This document shows, one piece after another, positions 10,691 through 33,832 of a DNA stretch of 64,000 nt; within the stretch, counting starts at the first letter, position 1, and each line of letters starts with the position of its first letter. Source of the stretch: the human T2T-CHM13v2.0 reference genome, Homo sapiens; the NCBI RefSeq assembly GCF_009914755.1, contig NC_060937.1. One strand, given 5' to 3'. The notes under the pieces were generated by a model that did no database searches, had not been told where the DNA came from, and worked only from the letters and a program-made list of their open reading frames with translations. The position numbers and the translations under genes were made by a program.

Positions 10691-13610
10691 GAAATTTAAA
10701 ACTACATTTTTAAAGCTTATGGTCTATCAATATTTGGCTGGTTTTAAAGATGTGATTCCCTTATCCCCCACCCCCTCCAAAAAAGTATTGTTCTTTCACA
10801 AGTGAAATATGTGATCCACAGAATTTGGCATGCCTCACCATGCAACCTATTGATCTTGTCAATTCAGGGCCTTCTCTGAGGTGACGCAGCTCTTAGTGTG
10901 GGGTGGGAAAGACTAAAAACCAGGAATACATGTTTTCTTCCTGGAGAAAGTGAAGAGTTGCCCATTATCCTTCCAGTACATATATAATGGTATATTCAGA
11001 GGAAAAAGTGTTTACTTACTGCCTCCAAAAATTTTGCATTTTGATTCATCTTTATGGAAATAAGCTCAGTCTGGGTTATAAATGTAGTCAAATCCTGACT
11101 GGCTGAAGAGGGACAACACATATTACAGTGAGACTCCTTCAGCCTCTCCAGAGCTGGGCAGTTACATTTTGTTTTCCTAAATCTATTTCTTACCCATTCA
11201 ATTTTATCCTGTGGGAAATATTTTTATTATTATTGCCTCTGTCCAGTTAATTGTTTGCATGTCACATTTGTTTACCTGATTTATCATTGACAGGTTATAT
11301 ACAGATTTCTGGCTGGCTTGAGAAAGAATAGGATGAAAGAAGTAACTACTAAGGCTTCCACACTTTATTTTCTGTCAGGACTGCCACTATGAATTCTGAT
11401 TAGGCAAAGTTTGTATCAGAAATTCTACTCTACACAATTAATAGTGCCATGTGTTCACACATGGGGGTGTAGAGACAGGGTCCTGAAAGTCAGAAGGTGA
11501 CACACTGGTTGGGTTTGAGAAATATCACCAAGAACCTCTACAATACTTTTTTCTTGCAGCTTAGAAGAAAAGCAAAAGAAGGAACATTCGAGATGCCTAA
11601 TGAAGATGTACATGTCCTGCACTGAGCATTGTTCTTCAAGACTCACTGAAAGAATGAGTCACCTAAGAAATCCCAATCATTGCTTGAATGTTTCTCTTAT
11701 GTTTTTCTTACTGGTATACAATAGCATTCACAAGTGAATGACTCACATTCAAGCCTACTATTTCAGTCTTATGAATTTACAGACATTCCTATGTGCAAGG
11801 ATTTGGTGGTAAATGTCATTGTTTTCTGCATAAAATAGTCTAAAGGTAAGAAAACAGTAAAATGTCTAATAGATGATTAGTAAGTTATATAATATCCTGT
11901 AAAGATCACACCATATAGTTGTGTTAAGTATTGACAATACTTACAGTTATGTCAATTAATATGTATTAGCATAGAAAATATGTATAATCTATTGTTAAAG
12001 TTAAAAATCAAGTTAGTAAATATTTTGCTAAATTGAATTGCATTTTTGTTAATGTGTATGTATGTGTGAATCTGCATAAGCTAATTTCCAACCACACATA
12101 TACCAAGTGTTTAAAGTAGTATTGTTTGGTCATGTGATTATGATATTCAAAAATGTTATTATTTTGACCACACTAAAATTTCAACACATTATCTTTGTAA
12201 TAATAAAACATATCCCAATTTTTAATTGTTTATCTTCATCACTTATAGAAAATTAGAGCTTAATCCAGAAGAACAGAAACATTTGATATATGGTATATGG
12301 GTTTTCCCTTGAGCTAAGGTATGCCAAACAATCTTCTGATCTCTTTTCTGTTATTCTAACTTCCATTCTTCACTTTCTTTACGTAGTTTTTTAATCATCA
12401 CAATTAAAGATCCTTGCCTTCTCAAGTAACATGATAACAACATGAATCTAGCACTAAGCCAATTATTACCAACTAAATAAACCAATTATCTAATTAATGA
12501 CAGACATTTAAAATAATTATTGTCCAATGGAATGTTATACATTGATATTATGAAAATAGAAACAAAAAGTTATTTGTAATTGTTTAAATATGATTTTATG
12601 TATAGAGAATTCTTTAAATATCTTCTCGTGGAAACATTGTACCTAATTTTGATTTAATTCCCTTGCCATGCTTGAGCAATAATATGTCATTTATTTATCT
12701 ATCATTCTAACTATGTATCTATGTATCTATCTATTGCTAAATACATACACACACACACAAACACACATACCATCAAGAAAGTACTTATGATGAACTAAAA
12801 TACAAAACCATGGTAAAATTTTATATTCAAACATGTTTTTGCTATATCTCTGCATAAATCCAATAAAGATTTGATTTTTCTTTATTTGAAATATTTTCAT
12901 ATATATCTCTTCTCAAAGTAGCAAAGGAAATCATTCCAAAGAGGGTTAAAAAATATAGAGACTGGAAACTGCATTTTAATACACATATTTCTTATAATAT
13001 TCACTAGAAATATTTTGAACTTTCTTATTTTTATAAGAACACAATTTAATTGTGATTTATAAATAGCTGTCATAAAGATAGTCTATGGTAAGTTCCTCAA
13101 TACGGTCTTACCATCTTAAATCAATGCATGCACACATTTCCTCTTAATAAAATCCAAAACTCATTGTGGTTTAGAAAGTAAAGTAAATGGGACCCAAAAA
13201 GCAATCTATGGTTATGGCCTAATTTGCTATTGCTCTGAATATTTGCAGACTCGACTTAAGGGTAACAAATATTAATACACACATGTACTTCATTCATGTT
13301 TGAAAGATGAGACTTAAACCTTAAGGTTTCTGAACTTATGATTTATGGAAATTACTAGTACCTATGTGTGTTCATTCTCAAGAATAATAAATAGTTTTGA
13401 CAGATAAAATTATAAAGCACGTTTCTAGTGGTAATAAATAAAATACTTTATGAGTTGAGAATTTTTTATGAGTCATTTGATCATTTGTAACTCAAAAACT
13501 GAGTTAATTTTCTATGCTGTTTATTGGAAGTACTTATGTTAAAATGGCTCCACTAATGTAGAAATCACATCCTTTTTTGAGTGGGAAATTGTTTAGAAAT
13601 TTAATTTTCT

Positions 13611-13903
13611 GGCCAGGCACAGTGGCTGACGCCTGTATTCCGAGCACTTTGGGAGGCCGAGGTGGGTGGATCACGAGGTCAGGATATCGAGACCATGCTG
13701 GCTAACACGGTGAAACCCTGTCTCTACTAAAAATACAAAAAATTAGCCAGGTGTGGTGGCAGGCACCTGTAGTCCCAGCTACTTGGGAGGCTTAAGCAGG
13801 AGAATGGCGTGAACCTGGGAGACGGAGCTTGCAGTGAGCCGAGATCATGCCACTGAACCCTAGCCTGGGCGAGAGAGCAAGACTCCTTCTCAAAAAAAAA
13901 AAA
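13611..13903 (+). mobile_element. AluY-like, full length, 16-bp TSD
   Basis: Diagnostic gatcacgaggtcagga, ggctaacacggtgaaaccc, ggcgtgaacc and gagcttgcagtgagcc; TSD agaaatttaattttct at 13595-13610 and 13904-13919. Confidence 0.96.
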
Positions 13904-14044
13904 AGAAATTTAATTTTCTATTTTAGTATGTTACATTTTTTTAGACAAGGAAGTAAGGTAAAGTGACTTGTCTATATAGGTTTCAATGAGAGAACCAAAC
14001 TAAAAACCACAATTTCTGATTTCCAATATAAAGGTATTAGCATT

Positions 14045-14175
14045 GCTCATTCATCTCTTCACTTAAATAATTATTGAGTACCATTATATTCTAGACACTA
14101 CTCGAGCTGCTAATACTACAATGGTGAACAAGACAAATACTATATTCCACAACTTCCTAAATAAGATCATATTCT
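14045..14175 (-). mobile_element. L2 3'-end fragment
   Basis: cattcat...attattgagtaccattatattctagacact...tggtgaacaagaca pattern. Confidence 0.55.
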
Positions 14176-16507
14176 AAAAAGTAGAATTTCATTAAGCTCC
14201 TTGCCATCAGTCCTGAGGATTGTTTTGACCAGCAGCTGTGTCACCTTTTCATAATGTCATTCTCTTATAATTCTTGCAAACTATGCAGACTTAGGCAAGG
14301 TCAGTGTGTGAATGGGAGACTTTCACTGTATTAATCAGTAGAAATCTAGGTAAGAAAAAAAAGGCGAAGGGACTGTATTCTGAGTTTATGCCAAAACAAT
14401 CTGCAGATCTGTTGCCAGCCATAAATTAAAATTTACTGCCAATTTGTGAACATAAAAAATAAAAGGAATAGAAAAGTATCAAAGACTGCTAGAGTAATTC
14501 TGGACTCAAAAACAGAATAATTGTGAATTTTGCATGTCTTAATGAGCAATTTTTTTTCATCTAGAGAGTTACAAAAATATTAACAACCTCAAATAACGAT
14601 TGATGAAATCAAAACTAGCAATTTTTTATGAGGAACATATACACATGACATGTTATGAGCTTACAGTAAATATTTATTTACTGAATGAAGATGAGTTAAC
14701 TGGAATTAACGTATGAAATCTAAAGGGGACAGAGTAGAAACGAAATATTATTGTCCATCCTTCAGTGTGATTTCTCACGGGAAATGTTACCTGTCTCCTC
14801 CATAATAACTTTTAAGAGCCCTGCCCTGTTTTAGAAGTTGCAAAGTGAAACATGATAACATTCCACTAGCTGTCAGCCTTTCCTCCTTTCCTCTTTGAAT
14901 TTTTACATTTTAGAAGATTTGGAGACAAATGGGAAGGTTCAGTTTGTGTTTGAGAAAAATAAGCAACAACTTCACTGATCCTATTTGATGAATGTGAAGG
15001 TGTCAGCAATTTCAAAATAAATTTTTTGATTCCTAGTTTTATGCATGCTATATAAAGTAGAAATTGGGTGCAGATGATAACTGGCCATTTAAAGTCAAGC
15101 AGTATTTTCAGAGGAAATGGGGGAGTTTGTCTGCACTCTACTTACTGCTCTTTTAACCAGTTTGCTGTTTGCCGCTAAGCAACTGCTTTGTTTGAGGATA
15201 GAGCTGTCAGCTTTTGTTCTAACTTACTACTCAACTGCATGCTTAGTTGTGGAGACTTGTTTTTATGTGTGTGGAAAACTCACATGGACTTAAACTTGGC
15301 CTGTTTGATTTGTAAATGTCTTATTGTGAAATGAGTTCCTCAAACTAAGGATCTGTATTTTTTCTGGGATTTGTAAAGTGCATCAAATACCTCTTAGGAC
15401 TCCCTGTGGTAGAGAACTCATATTAATGTCATAAGGTGATAAGTAGTCTACTGTAATTTGACATTTGTTTCTTGTGATTTCAGTTAACTAGCATCTATCA
15501 TGTGAAAAAACAATTGGTATCTTTAAGAAACTTGAGAGAAAAGTATACCCTATACTCCTTTTGGGTGTAGTCTTGGTGCTTGAATTTAAACATTTGAAAC
15601 AAACATAAAACAAAAAACTCTCCTTCACATCTTTTTCTCCTGTGGGACATTAGAGAAAAAAGAAAGTTCTGAATCAACTTCCCTTTATGGTTTGGGGACA
15701 TCGCCCCACCCTTATAAGTCTCCTCAGGGGTTCAAAGCAAACAGAGAGGATTAAAAATTGTCTGCATTGTTGGTGATTTGCTTCTTATATTCTTGTTTAT
15801 TAGTTCCTGCTATCAGAAAAGTCCTCAACCTATTTCTCATTGCCCAGTAGGAATGTGGTACTTTATCTGAGCACACGAAATATAAAATGACTACATTAAA
15901 CAGGAGCAGCTGTTCCTGAATCTGCAAGCAGAATTTTGCATCTATTAATGATATGTACAGAAATATGGAGGAAAAAACCCAGCAAGAGTCCTTTCCAATT
16001 TAGTTTTCTAGAAAAAACAAATCCAAATGAGAAAGTAAGTTACCCTTACCATATTTACAAAATCAGAATACATGATGGCTGTAGCAATTTAATTAGAAAT
16101 TACATTAAATTATCACTATTATTAGATAAATATATAGACATCACAGATACAACATACGGTTTTAGAAAAAGGAGGCTTTACTTTGGATAACAAAGTATCA
16201 CCACAAAATGTGTGATAAACCTCTTGTCAATATTGATAACAAAAATGGAATCTGATTCAGTGTCTACTACTCAAGAATTTGTCTCAGTTCCCTGTAGCAG
16301 ATTTTACAAAAGAAGTAATGGGAATCACCCTAGCATTCCCCTTGTTAATAATTCTCCATACAAAGTAAGACTTTTAAAACCAAAGTAGGCCACGTTTTTA
16401 AAGTAAGTTGCAGCTTTTAGGACATAGCCCCAATTTTATACAATAATTAACCTCAGACTATGGCCAGACTGGTAAAAAAGTTTAAACAGTCACGCACCCA
16501 TGCAAAG

Positions 16508-16536
16508 ACACACACACACACACACACACACACACA
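16508..16536. repeat. (CA)14 microsatellite
   Basis: Perfect AC run. Confidence 0.95.
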
Positions 16537-16788
16537 TCCAAACATGCTTTAAACTGTCCTCATGTATTGCTGAAAAGGGAAAAGATTGTAATTACCTAGT
16601 AAGAATGAAAACTAGTAATTCAAGCCTTTAAAGGACAGATAATGTTATTCCAAGTTAGAGAATGAAACACAAATAGAGGGGTTGAAGAAGTGATCTCGGC
16701 AGAAAGTCTCTGAGAAGTACGATTACTGTACAATAAGGTTGTTTAAAAAATGCTCATGACGGATTGTTAATTTGCACCTATAATGTAG

Positions 16789-17089
<301 letters not shown>

Positions 17090-20000
17090 AAGTAGTGAAG
17101 GAGTTAAGAAGCTCCTTCCAGTAGTCCTAGATCATGTAATGGAGATCTATCACTGACAGATCATGGATTATGATTAATTCTGAGCCATCAGTCACATCTT
17201 TTTCAGCAAAAAAAGAAAAATGTCAATGGGAATGATGTACCCCTGTAGCACAGCTTTCTAGTCTATGATTCAAGGAGACAGCCATATAACTATTAATTAG
17301 CATAGGATTCACAAAAACAAGCAGTCACGTTAAAGAACTTGATCCTCTTCAGTAGGTTAATGGGAGGATTAATTTGTATGGAGAAAGTGCATGGTCATGC
17401 ATAGTCTACAAAATGTAGGTAAAGATCCTAATTACACTCGCAGTGTATGGAAATATGTGCGTGCAAGAACAGAACATGACAATGAGACTATTGACAAATT
17501 ACCGCATTCTCTCCTCCAGGCTCTACTAAAAGCATGACATGTATTTGAGAAATGTTTTCCAGAATTGAGGAGAGAGGGGAAACAACAGATATGGAAGGGA
17601 CTGTCTCTAGCCATATAGAACACACAAAAAAGCATCCTTTGAATTTCATCTTAAATCTTAGACTTATTAATGCATGATATGAAGGGACAGATAGATGATG
17701 GATGGACAGAGAGATATAGGTAGTTAAGTAGATAGAAATATCGATATGGGTTGACTATCCAATGCAAAACTGTGTCTGTATTTAACTACCAAATAAAAAA
17801 AGAAAGTTACAAAAAATTCATGTATTTCTTCTTAGTAATGGTATTGTGAAAAATGTTTGTATTGTGAAGTGCAAGCATATTCTAACTGGCCTTCTTTTAA
17901 TTTTCTCAAAGGGTTTCAATGAAAATATTGTTTGCAGTTGAAATATTTTGATTAGAAATGTGTAATATTCAAGCACTATTTATTTACTTCCAGTTATGTA
18001 AGTGAGGAATAAAATAAAGATACTTTTAAGATATAGATAAAATGTATATATACATTTGTGAGCATATGTATAGGTATCTATATATTCATGTAACAAAACT
18101 GATGCACAAATACCAATACAAACATGCTATATGTGTCTTAAAATGTGGAATTTATATTTTTAGACAGTAAAATTGTCAAACATATCTGAGATCTTTACTT
18201 ATTAATGTTGAAAATAAAATCCAAACTTTATTAACTTAATCTCAGAAAGCCTAAATTAATGAAGATAAATTCTGATATATGTTATAGTCCAAAAAAGGCC
18301 TTTTTGGCTATGTTTGGTGCTATGTAACATATAGCCTGACCAGGTAACAAAAAATTATTTGTTTAGAAATATTTCATTGAGTGTAGAATTCATCATATGC
18401 AATTGTGGTTATAAGATGAGAAAAACACATCCTGAATTAACAGAAATCTTATAAAGTATCTATTCTGTTCTTTATTAGGTACTTAATGATTCATATGCTA
18501 TGGCAGTAACACCACTAGATTTTTTAAAGTTTTCAAATTTATGGTTTTGAATTGTTTTGAAACCTTGCATATTATACGACAGAGCCTCAAGGTGTCAACA
18601 CTTTGCCTTTCACGACCTGATTTTATTTTTTCAAACACCTAAAATACATTAGAAGTAGTGAACAGTATTTTTTAAAAAAAGAAATCATAAAGTAAAAATG
18701 GCACATTTTCTTCAGTAGCTTAAAAATTATATTTGACGAATTCCAATATAATTGGAATTCCATTAGAAAAGTGGAATTCCAAATATTTTGAGAAATCACA
18801 ATATTAAGGGTAGCTACGAATGAGGGCAAATTTGAAGGACAGCACTTATTTAAATGCATAATTTCTGTTCTTTAAATAAAGATCAGTCTCAATTTTATTC
18901 TCAACTTATATGCAGAAATGTTCTTTTTGGCTCATAAATTTAGTAATAATAATAAAGGCAGTATGGTATGAGAGAATGCGATGAATAATGATAGACTTCA
19001 TAAGCGGTTTTGAATCATAGAAATCTGAGAAAAAGCTTATAAAACAAGTTTCCAACATACAAATTGAAAAGTAACATTCAGATATGGAAATAATATCAAG
19101 ATATTTTGGGAAGTTTTAATAAACATTAATCAGTAGATGGAAAAACACTGATGACCTGATAAGCTGGAGGAAAATATGTTTTAAGCCTCTCTTGCTTTAA
19201 AAAATATAATATGTAACTACCTACTCTACTCAGCTAGAATCAGAGTCCTTATAATGATCTTAAGGAAACAGAGAAACTAACCCAGTTGGAATAAACATGA
19301 ATAAGATTTTATATCTCTTTTCTCCCGGGTAGAGGAGTCTTTGTTCTGAACAGTCGAAGTAGCTGGACTTCATTTTTTTTTAATCCACCTATTATTTCAG
19401 ACAGTCACTGTGACTTTGAGCCTGATATTTGAAACAAAAATCACTCCTACATTTCAGCGATAACCGCTACTTGCCCTATGGCTTTTTAGTTAGTCTGTCC
19501 TTTGAAAACATTACCGAGTCACCTATCTCAGTTATTTGTGCACTAAGGATAATTTGTTTCTTCTGGATACAAATATAAAATTCAAACGTATGTCAAGAAC
19601 TTCTATATGTCAAAAGCTTCTGTAAGTTTAGGTAGCTTCTGTAAAATGCTGAATTGTACTAAAAAATGTAGTTACTTTAGAAGGCATGACACTCTCAAAC
19701 ATTATGTTCTAAATGTGGATAGAGCAATCTAGAAGGTAAACATCCTAAAATAGTAGCAATATGTTTTTTGAAGATAAAAATGTAAACACCAGTAAGTTCT
19801 CTTGACTCTAAGATCTAAAGGATATACACAGAATTGCCTTCTAATTTTTGTCTAGGGCAGAGAGGGAAAGATAGTTTCCAAATAAAACATGTACAAAATT
19901 TCCCACACCTGGAGGGAACTTACTGTCTAACACAATTTGCCCTATGCATTAAAATTTAAGAACAATAAGACAGCCTGCAATTAGAAAAAATACATTAAAT

Positions 20001-20209
20001 TTTCTAAAATTTATACATAGGCTCACAAATATCAGAAACATATTATTGTATGTATATAATGTTAAAGATGATGAACAAATTGCTAGCCTGAAATGACTTT
20101 TTCAATGAAATTATTAGAGTCAACAATTGCTTAAACATGTGTATTTAAACAAAATGGAGGATAAATACAATACATAATTAAAAGAAATATTTTATTATCT
20201 AGGGTATAA

Positions 20210-20427
20210 AAAAACATGATAAGTTAACACTAACATTAACTATGAATTTTATTAATAAAAAATGCATCAATACTGGCTCATCATATGTAACAGATGCTAC
20301 ACTCATGCAAAATGTTAATCGTAGGGAAAACTGTGTTCAATAAGACAGTGTATATAAGAATTCTTTGTACTTTGGGCACAATTTTTCTGTAAACCTAAAA
20401 CTGCCCTAAAAATAGTCTTAAAAAAAG
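20210..20427 (+). mobile_element. L1MC-type 3'-end fragment
   Basis: ...ctttgtactttgggcacaatttttctgtaaacctaaaactgccctaaaaatagtcttaaaaaaa terminus. Confidence 0.7.
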
Positions 20428-21659
20428 ATTAGAAAGAGGAAGTAGACAAACTTTTGTAGTAAAAATAACAGACTTCGGGCAATTTTCAAATCATTTAAAT
20501 GATAGCACTGTTCAATATTATGTTGAATCTTACTTCTATTGAGCTTGTGTGCATGCATGCATGTGTGTTAGTGATATAGATAATTATGTATCATCATTCT
20601 TATATTTAGCTCTGAATGGGCCATTTTACATCAGTCATCAAGGCTCTATATTCACATAATTACATATATTTCAAAAAAAAGTACTTCTGCTTCCACAAAT
20701 TTGTAATTGTGGTCCTCAATTGTCCTCGGCTTCTATTTTTTAATTTTTTAAACAGTATAGACTTTAAAGTTTCTACATTAAATAGCCATTTAAAAATATT
20801 TTATAATGATTTAAACAAATGTTTATTCTCCAAGAGACATATTTCAGAGAGCTAACTTCATGAAGATGAAATGAAATGCTCCTCATATTAGAAAATAATT
20901 CTGATCTAGTTCATGTCCTGGTCTGACAGATGGAAGAAGATAGATGATGGCACTTTGAGAATTAAGAAATCACCTTTCCTGGAACAGATCATAGAGCGTA
21001 CTGTCTGTAGAAGGCATCTTATCTGAGGCTTTACCAGCTGATAAAGCACATAGAGAATGCAGTTCAGACATCTTGTTTTATCACTGACTTTTCATAAATA
21101 TGAAAATCTAGAAGAGTTTCATCAGATTTGCAGTTTGGGTGATAACCAATCAAACGCAGCAGTTCAGCAATATTAGTTACTAAGAAACTCTGATAGAAAA
21201 AAGTTATTTTAGTGCATGAGTATGATCTTATGACCCCTTCCTCCTCCCCATCACCCATGCATATAATCTCCCGTAGTGTTTGCAGGGCAAAACTGTTAGA
21301 AGAAAAAAGTACAATCATAGTGTTTCTGGTAAAAGAAGAAGTTGAAAATCAACAATTTGAGATATAAATATATTTTAGCAACATTGTTTTAAAACTTCCA
21401 ATCTGTTCTCCTTACTAATTTCATTACTAGTTTCCAAACTGCATGCGAGAGACATTCATATTAAAAAAATAGAGTACAAGAGAAAGTAGCTAAATTATGA
21501 GTCCTTATAAAACTGATATTTCTAAAACTAAAACATAAAAAGAATTTGAAAACGTGGAAAATGCCTGCTAAAATAGAAGGATATAAGATACACTTGTAAA
21601 TGTGGAGAAAATATTCTAGGATAGAAGAGTTTAAGAAAAGTTGAGACTCCCTAGAGCTC

Positions 21660-21905
21660 TTTAGTCAGCTATTCAACAAACATTGTTGATCACCTACTTT
21701 CTATCAGAGACCCTGTTAGATATTGAGATTTTTGTCAATCAAGACTGGTACAGTCTCTCCATTCATAATGTTTATAAAGTAGTAAATGAAATAGAATAGA
21801 ACCAGTAATTACAAATGAAATAGGTATTATGAAGAAGAAATTCAGGGTACAATAGAAATAAGTAACAGAAAGATCCAATCTATACAGGGAAGTCTTCCAG
21901 TAAGG
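21660..21905 (-). mobile_element. L2 fragment
   Basis: attcaacaaacattgttgatcacctact... is the typical reversed L2 3' end. Confidence 0.55.
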
Positions 21906-22364
21906 GATATAGCAGGACATGAAGGGCCACTTGGCTTACACTGGGAGGCTACAATTCAAAGTCCCACTAGCTTATAATTCTATGCAAAACAATGAAATAA
22001 TAACTCTACAAAAGCCGCCTCTTGTCAGCTTTGTTTGAATTCCTGTGTGGAACACAAACTCTGTATCCCTGGAATAAAACTAACAAGAAAGATTCTAGAT
22101 GTTACTGAAACATGTTTCCCAAAGCTTCTAGAGTTCTCTTATTTTTACTCTGTCCCTCTAAATACATTAACATAAACAGAGATGTAGTGATGTTTACCTT
22201 TTCAGGATTGAATTATTAAGTTGCAATAATGCTGGGTGCTTAATAATGGTATCCTGATACACTTCCATTGTTTCTTTTCAGATTTCTTAATATAGCTGGG
22301 ATTTTCACTGTATTTTCTGAAATTATTATCAAAATCATACATTAAGAAAATTATGACCAGCTAT

Positions 22365-22475
22365 AGCTAGAAATATAAATTTCTAAAAGGCAGGAACCAT
22401 GTCTTATTTGAATTGATATATCTAGCACTTCACATCATGCTTAGCACACGACAAGAAATATGTGTTGAATGAAAA
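22365..22475 (+). mobile_element. L2 3'-end fragment
   Basis: aggcaggaaccatgtcttattt...tgttgaatgaa. Confidence 0.6.
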
Positions 22476-22603
22476 TATACAACCATGTACATAATCAGAA
22501 ACTATTTTTTCCTTAATGACAGTAAAATGAAATAACTGACTTGACTTCATTTTTCTTAACATGAAAAACTGTTACTTATCTGCTCAGAAAAAAATACTGA
22601 AAA

Positions 22604-30609
<8,006 letters not shown>

Positions 30610-30664
30610 AAATACTGAAAATTCATTTGAGTTGACATATAGAAAAAAAGACAAACAGATATAC

Positions 30665-30994
30665 TTGTTGTTTGTTGTTGTCTGTTTGTTTGTTTGTTTG
30701 GTGACAGACTCTCTCACTGTCACCCAAGCTGGGTGCAGTGGCATGACGACCTCAGCTCACTGCAGCCTTTGACCTCTTGAGTTCAAGCAATCCTCCCACC
30801 TTAGCTTCCCAAGTAGTTGGGACTACAGGGGTATGCCACAATGCTCAGGTAATTTTTGTTTTTGTTTTTGTTTTTTTGTAGAGACGGGGTTTTGCCATGT
30901 TGCCCAGGCTGGTCCCTAACTCCTAAGCTCAAGCAATACACTCACCTTGGCCTACCAAAGTGCTAGGATTATAGGGGTGAGCCACCATACCCTG
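30665..30994 (-). mobile_element. AluJ with (TTG/TTTG)n tail
   Basis: J-type diagnostics (ctgcagcctttgacctc, ttttttgtagagacggggttttgccatgttgcccaggctgg); highly diverged. Confidence 0.9.
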
Positions 30995-33832
30995 TGGCAT
31001 TTTTTTTTTAAATAATTAAAAAATGATTCTGTAGAAGTGTTGATTGTCTGAAAGGAGTTTTCCTGAAGGCCTTTCAACAAGTTGCATTTATGCTCAGAAT
31101 GTCTTCTTTTCTGGGAACTACAGAAGACAAAAAAAATGGAAAAGAAAATAAAGAATCACAGCCTGAATTTCAACCATGAAAAACAGTAGTTAAGAGTGAG
31201 TGAGTACTGTGTGACAAATGGTAAAACTCTTTTTCTGATCATGGGTAAAATAAAATAAGGCCCAAAAGAGCTGTACAGAATAAGGACTAGAAAGGAGAAA
31301 AGTGCTTTCCAGCATTTCTTTATTCTCACATGGGAAAATATTTAAATATTAATAATTTTAAATAATAAAATTCTTAATGTTAAGGACTATTCAATGCAAT
31401 GAAATGCTGAAATAAGGCAATTTTGGCTAGAATATTTTCCAATGTAATCTTTTTAATGTGCTTTTTCTTCATATAAAGTCAGTCCTTTAAAATATTTAGC
31501 TTAACTATATTTTTAAAATTATAATGCATGAATTTAATATAATCTGAGTGTAAAATGATTTATCAAGGGAATATATATATTTATAAAAAGTGTTAAGACA
31601 AATAAGGCTTAGCAATATTAAAATCCTAAAAATTATCATTGTACAAGTTATTTCTTAAGCATTTTGTCGATGAATAATTTGTTGCTATGGTAATTTGTAG
31701 GTATATTTTGACACAGCAAGAATGATATCTTTTGCTTAAATCAAAAAACATCCTAAAATGTATTTACTCCTAATTGTGTTTAATTTCATATTACAGTGAT
31801 TAATCAGACTGAATGTCTTTATTTTCCGCTGTTCTAGCTACAAGAAATGATCTCTCCTGTTTTTATCCTATTATAAGGATCGTTATAAAAATGGAAAACA
31901 ATTAACACAGGGTTTAATGCCTGAGTGCTATAGAGCTGAAGTAATTGCACTCAAGGTCTGCTAACTTTTTAATCAGGCATTTGGTTGCAAGCTGCTCACA
32001 ATTGATTCTAAGAGAACTAACACTATCTGAAGAAGAAGGCAGGTGTGCCAGAAAAGCAGGCATGTTGGCAAAACAAATGAAATATTTTAAAAGGAAAAGC
32101 AAAAAAAAAAAAAGCAAAATCAAAGCAAACTTCTTGTCAGCAGGCCATTTTCTTGGCTGAGCCTGTTACTGAACAAAGTCAGTATATGCACAAGCACTGT
32201 GGTGGAAGCCCCACTGACCTGCTACTGCTTTCAAAGTGGAGCACTAAAGCTTAGCATTGAGGAGCCCTGTCCATCCCAACATTAGTGAATTGAGTTAATT
32301 AACAGAGAAGGCTTGCAATTTCCATATTCAGTAGAGTTAAGACACCATCAGAGGTTTCTGGAATTACATTCTAATTAGAAAAGTTTCCTTTTCTTCTCAT
32401 TCAGGTTACTCTTTGAAAACAAATTTGTTCTTTCATAAAGGAAAAAAAAAATTCTGCAGTTTTCTTTTGAAAGCTAATTATTTCCTTTCTTTTTCTTTCT
32501 TTAATAAGTGTCATTCTCCAGCTGTGAAAGTGATGCCTTCTAGGCATGTTGCACATATTTAAAGGTACACATGTTGCTTAAGAGCACTGGGGGCCTTGGG
32601 GATGGTGGGGTGGGGGGGCGGTTAAAATGCCCTCTTCTGTAATTTCTTGAAAAAGGAGCCGCTAAGAGTTAATACTCCTGTGAAAGTGCTTCATATTCAC
32701 TAGAGAATATTCTGACAAGTAGGGGGATATTTATAAAATTCCAAGTTTGAAATTTTTTTATGATATGAGTTAGGTACAGTGTTGATCTCTCTTTATACAG
32801 AAAGAGGAAACCAAATGAAAGATTTGGGTATTTACCTCGTGGATTCCAAGACGCTTGCTATTTCTTTCTTAAATCCCCAGAAGGAAATGAGAGCATCTGA
32901 ACTTTTAAAAAGGAGTATAAAGCAGAAATAGCTCTTGCAGCAGAAGAGCAAGTCAGAGCAAGAGGAACAAGGAAAAGAAAACAACAGAAATGAGCTTCCT
33001 CAGACAAAAGCCTATGTCCATTTTAATTACACCGATTTGCCTAGACCACCAGGCAATCTATGTTAGAATTCATTAGCGTGGCTCGGGGTCCAGAATAAGT
33101 TATACAGAGATCAGTGGATATAAAACATTATAACCAATTACACAAGTTTCTACTCCAGTTCCAGAAAAGTTATGGAAGTCTCAGTTCCTGTGTGTGCCAT
33201 CACTTTAGCCTCCAGGAAGCTATCTCTTAGTCTCTCCTACTGTAAACATGTCTCCCTGAGTCACCACAGCATCTGTTGTTTCTAGGTGAAGGACTAATAC
33301 AAATAACAGGGAGGCGCCTGGCATCTGGCCACCTGAACACAAAGTCACTTAATCATACGGGAGTCTCTTCATTGCTATGATCTCAAGCATTTCAGGAAGA
33401 ATGCCAAATGGAGAACAAAGAGACTGGCAGGCAAAGAGCTCCTGGTTGCCTGGATTACGTCACAAGCATAGTTTTTGCCAGATTAACATCTATGCTTTTA
33501 CTGACTCCAAATGTGACTTTAAACAAAAATTCTCATTCTCTGTGCAGTATTTTACAGCAATTGGAAATCCAGTATTGAAGCGATTCTTTGGAATCCAGCA
33601 GATCTGAATGATGGGTGTGAGTGCATGTGCATATGTGAATTATATTCTAAGAACTCGTGGAAATAGATGTCATAATATCTCCTCCTGCCAATGGAGCAGG
33701 GAACAACATCCTACACTCCTGGGCATATCTGTGAGTGTAAAGCATCACCACTTACAAGGATTACCTGTTTATTATGATGTGCATTATTAGCCTAATGCTT
33801 ACTCTTTCAGAGCCTGCACATCAAAGAAATCT

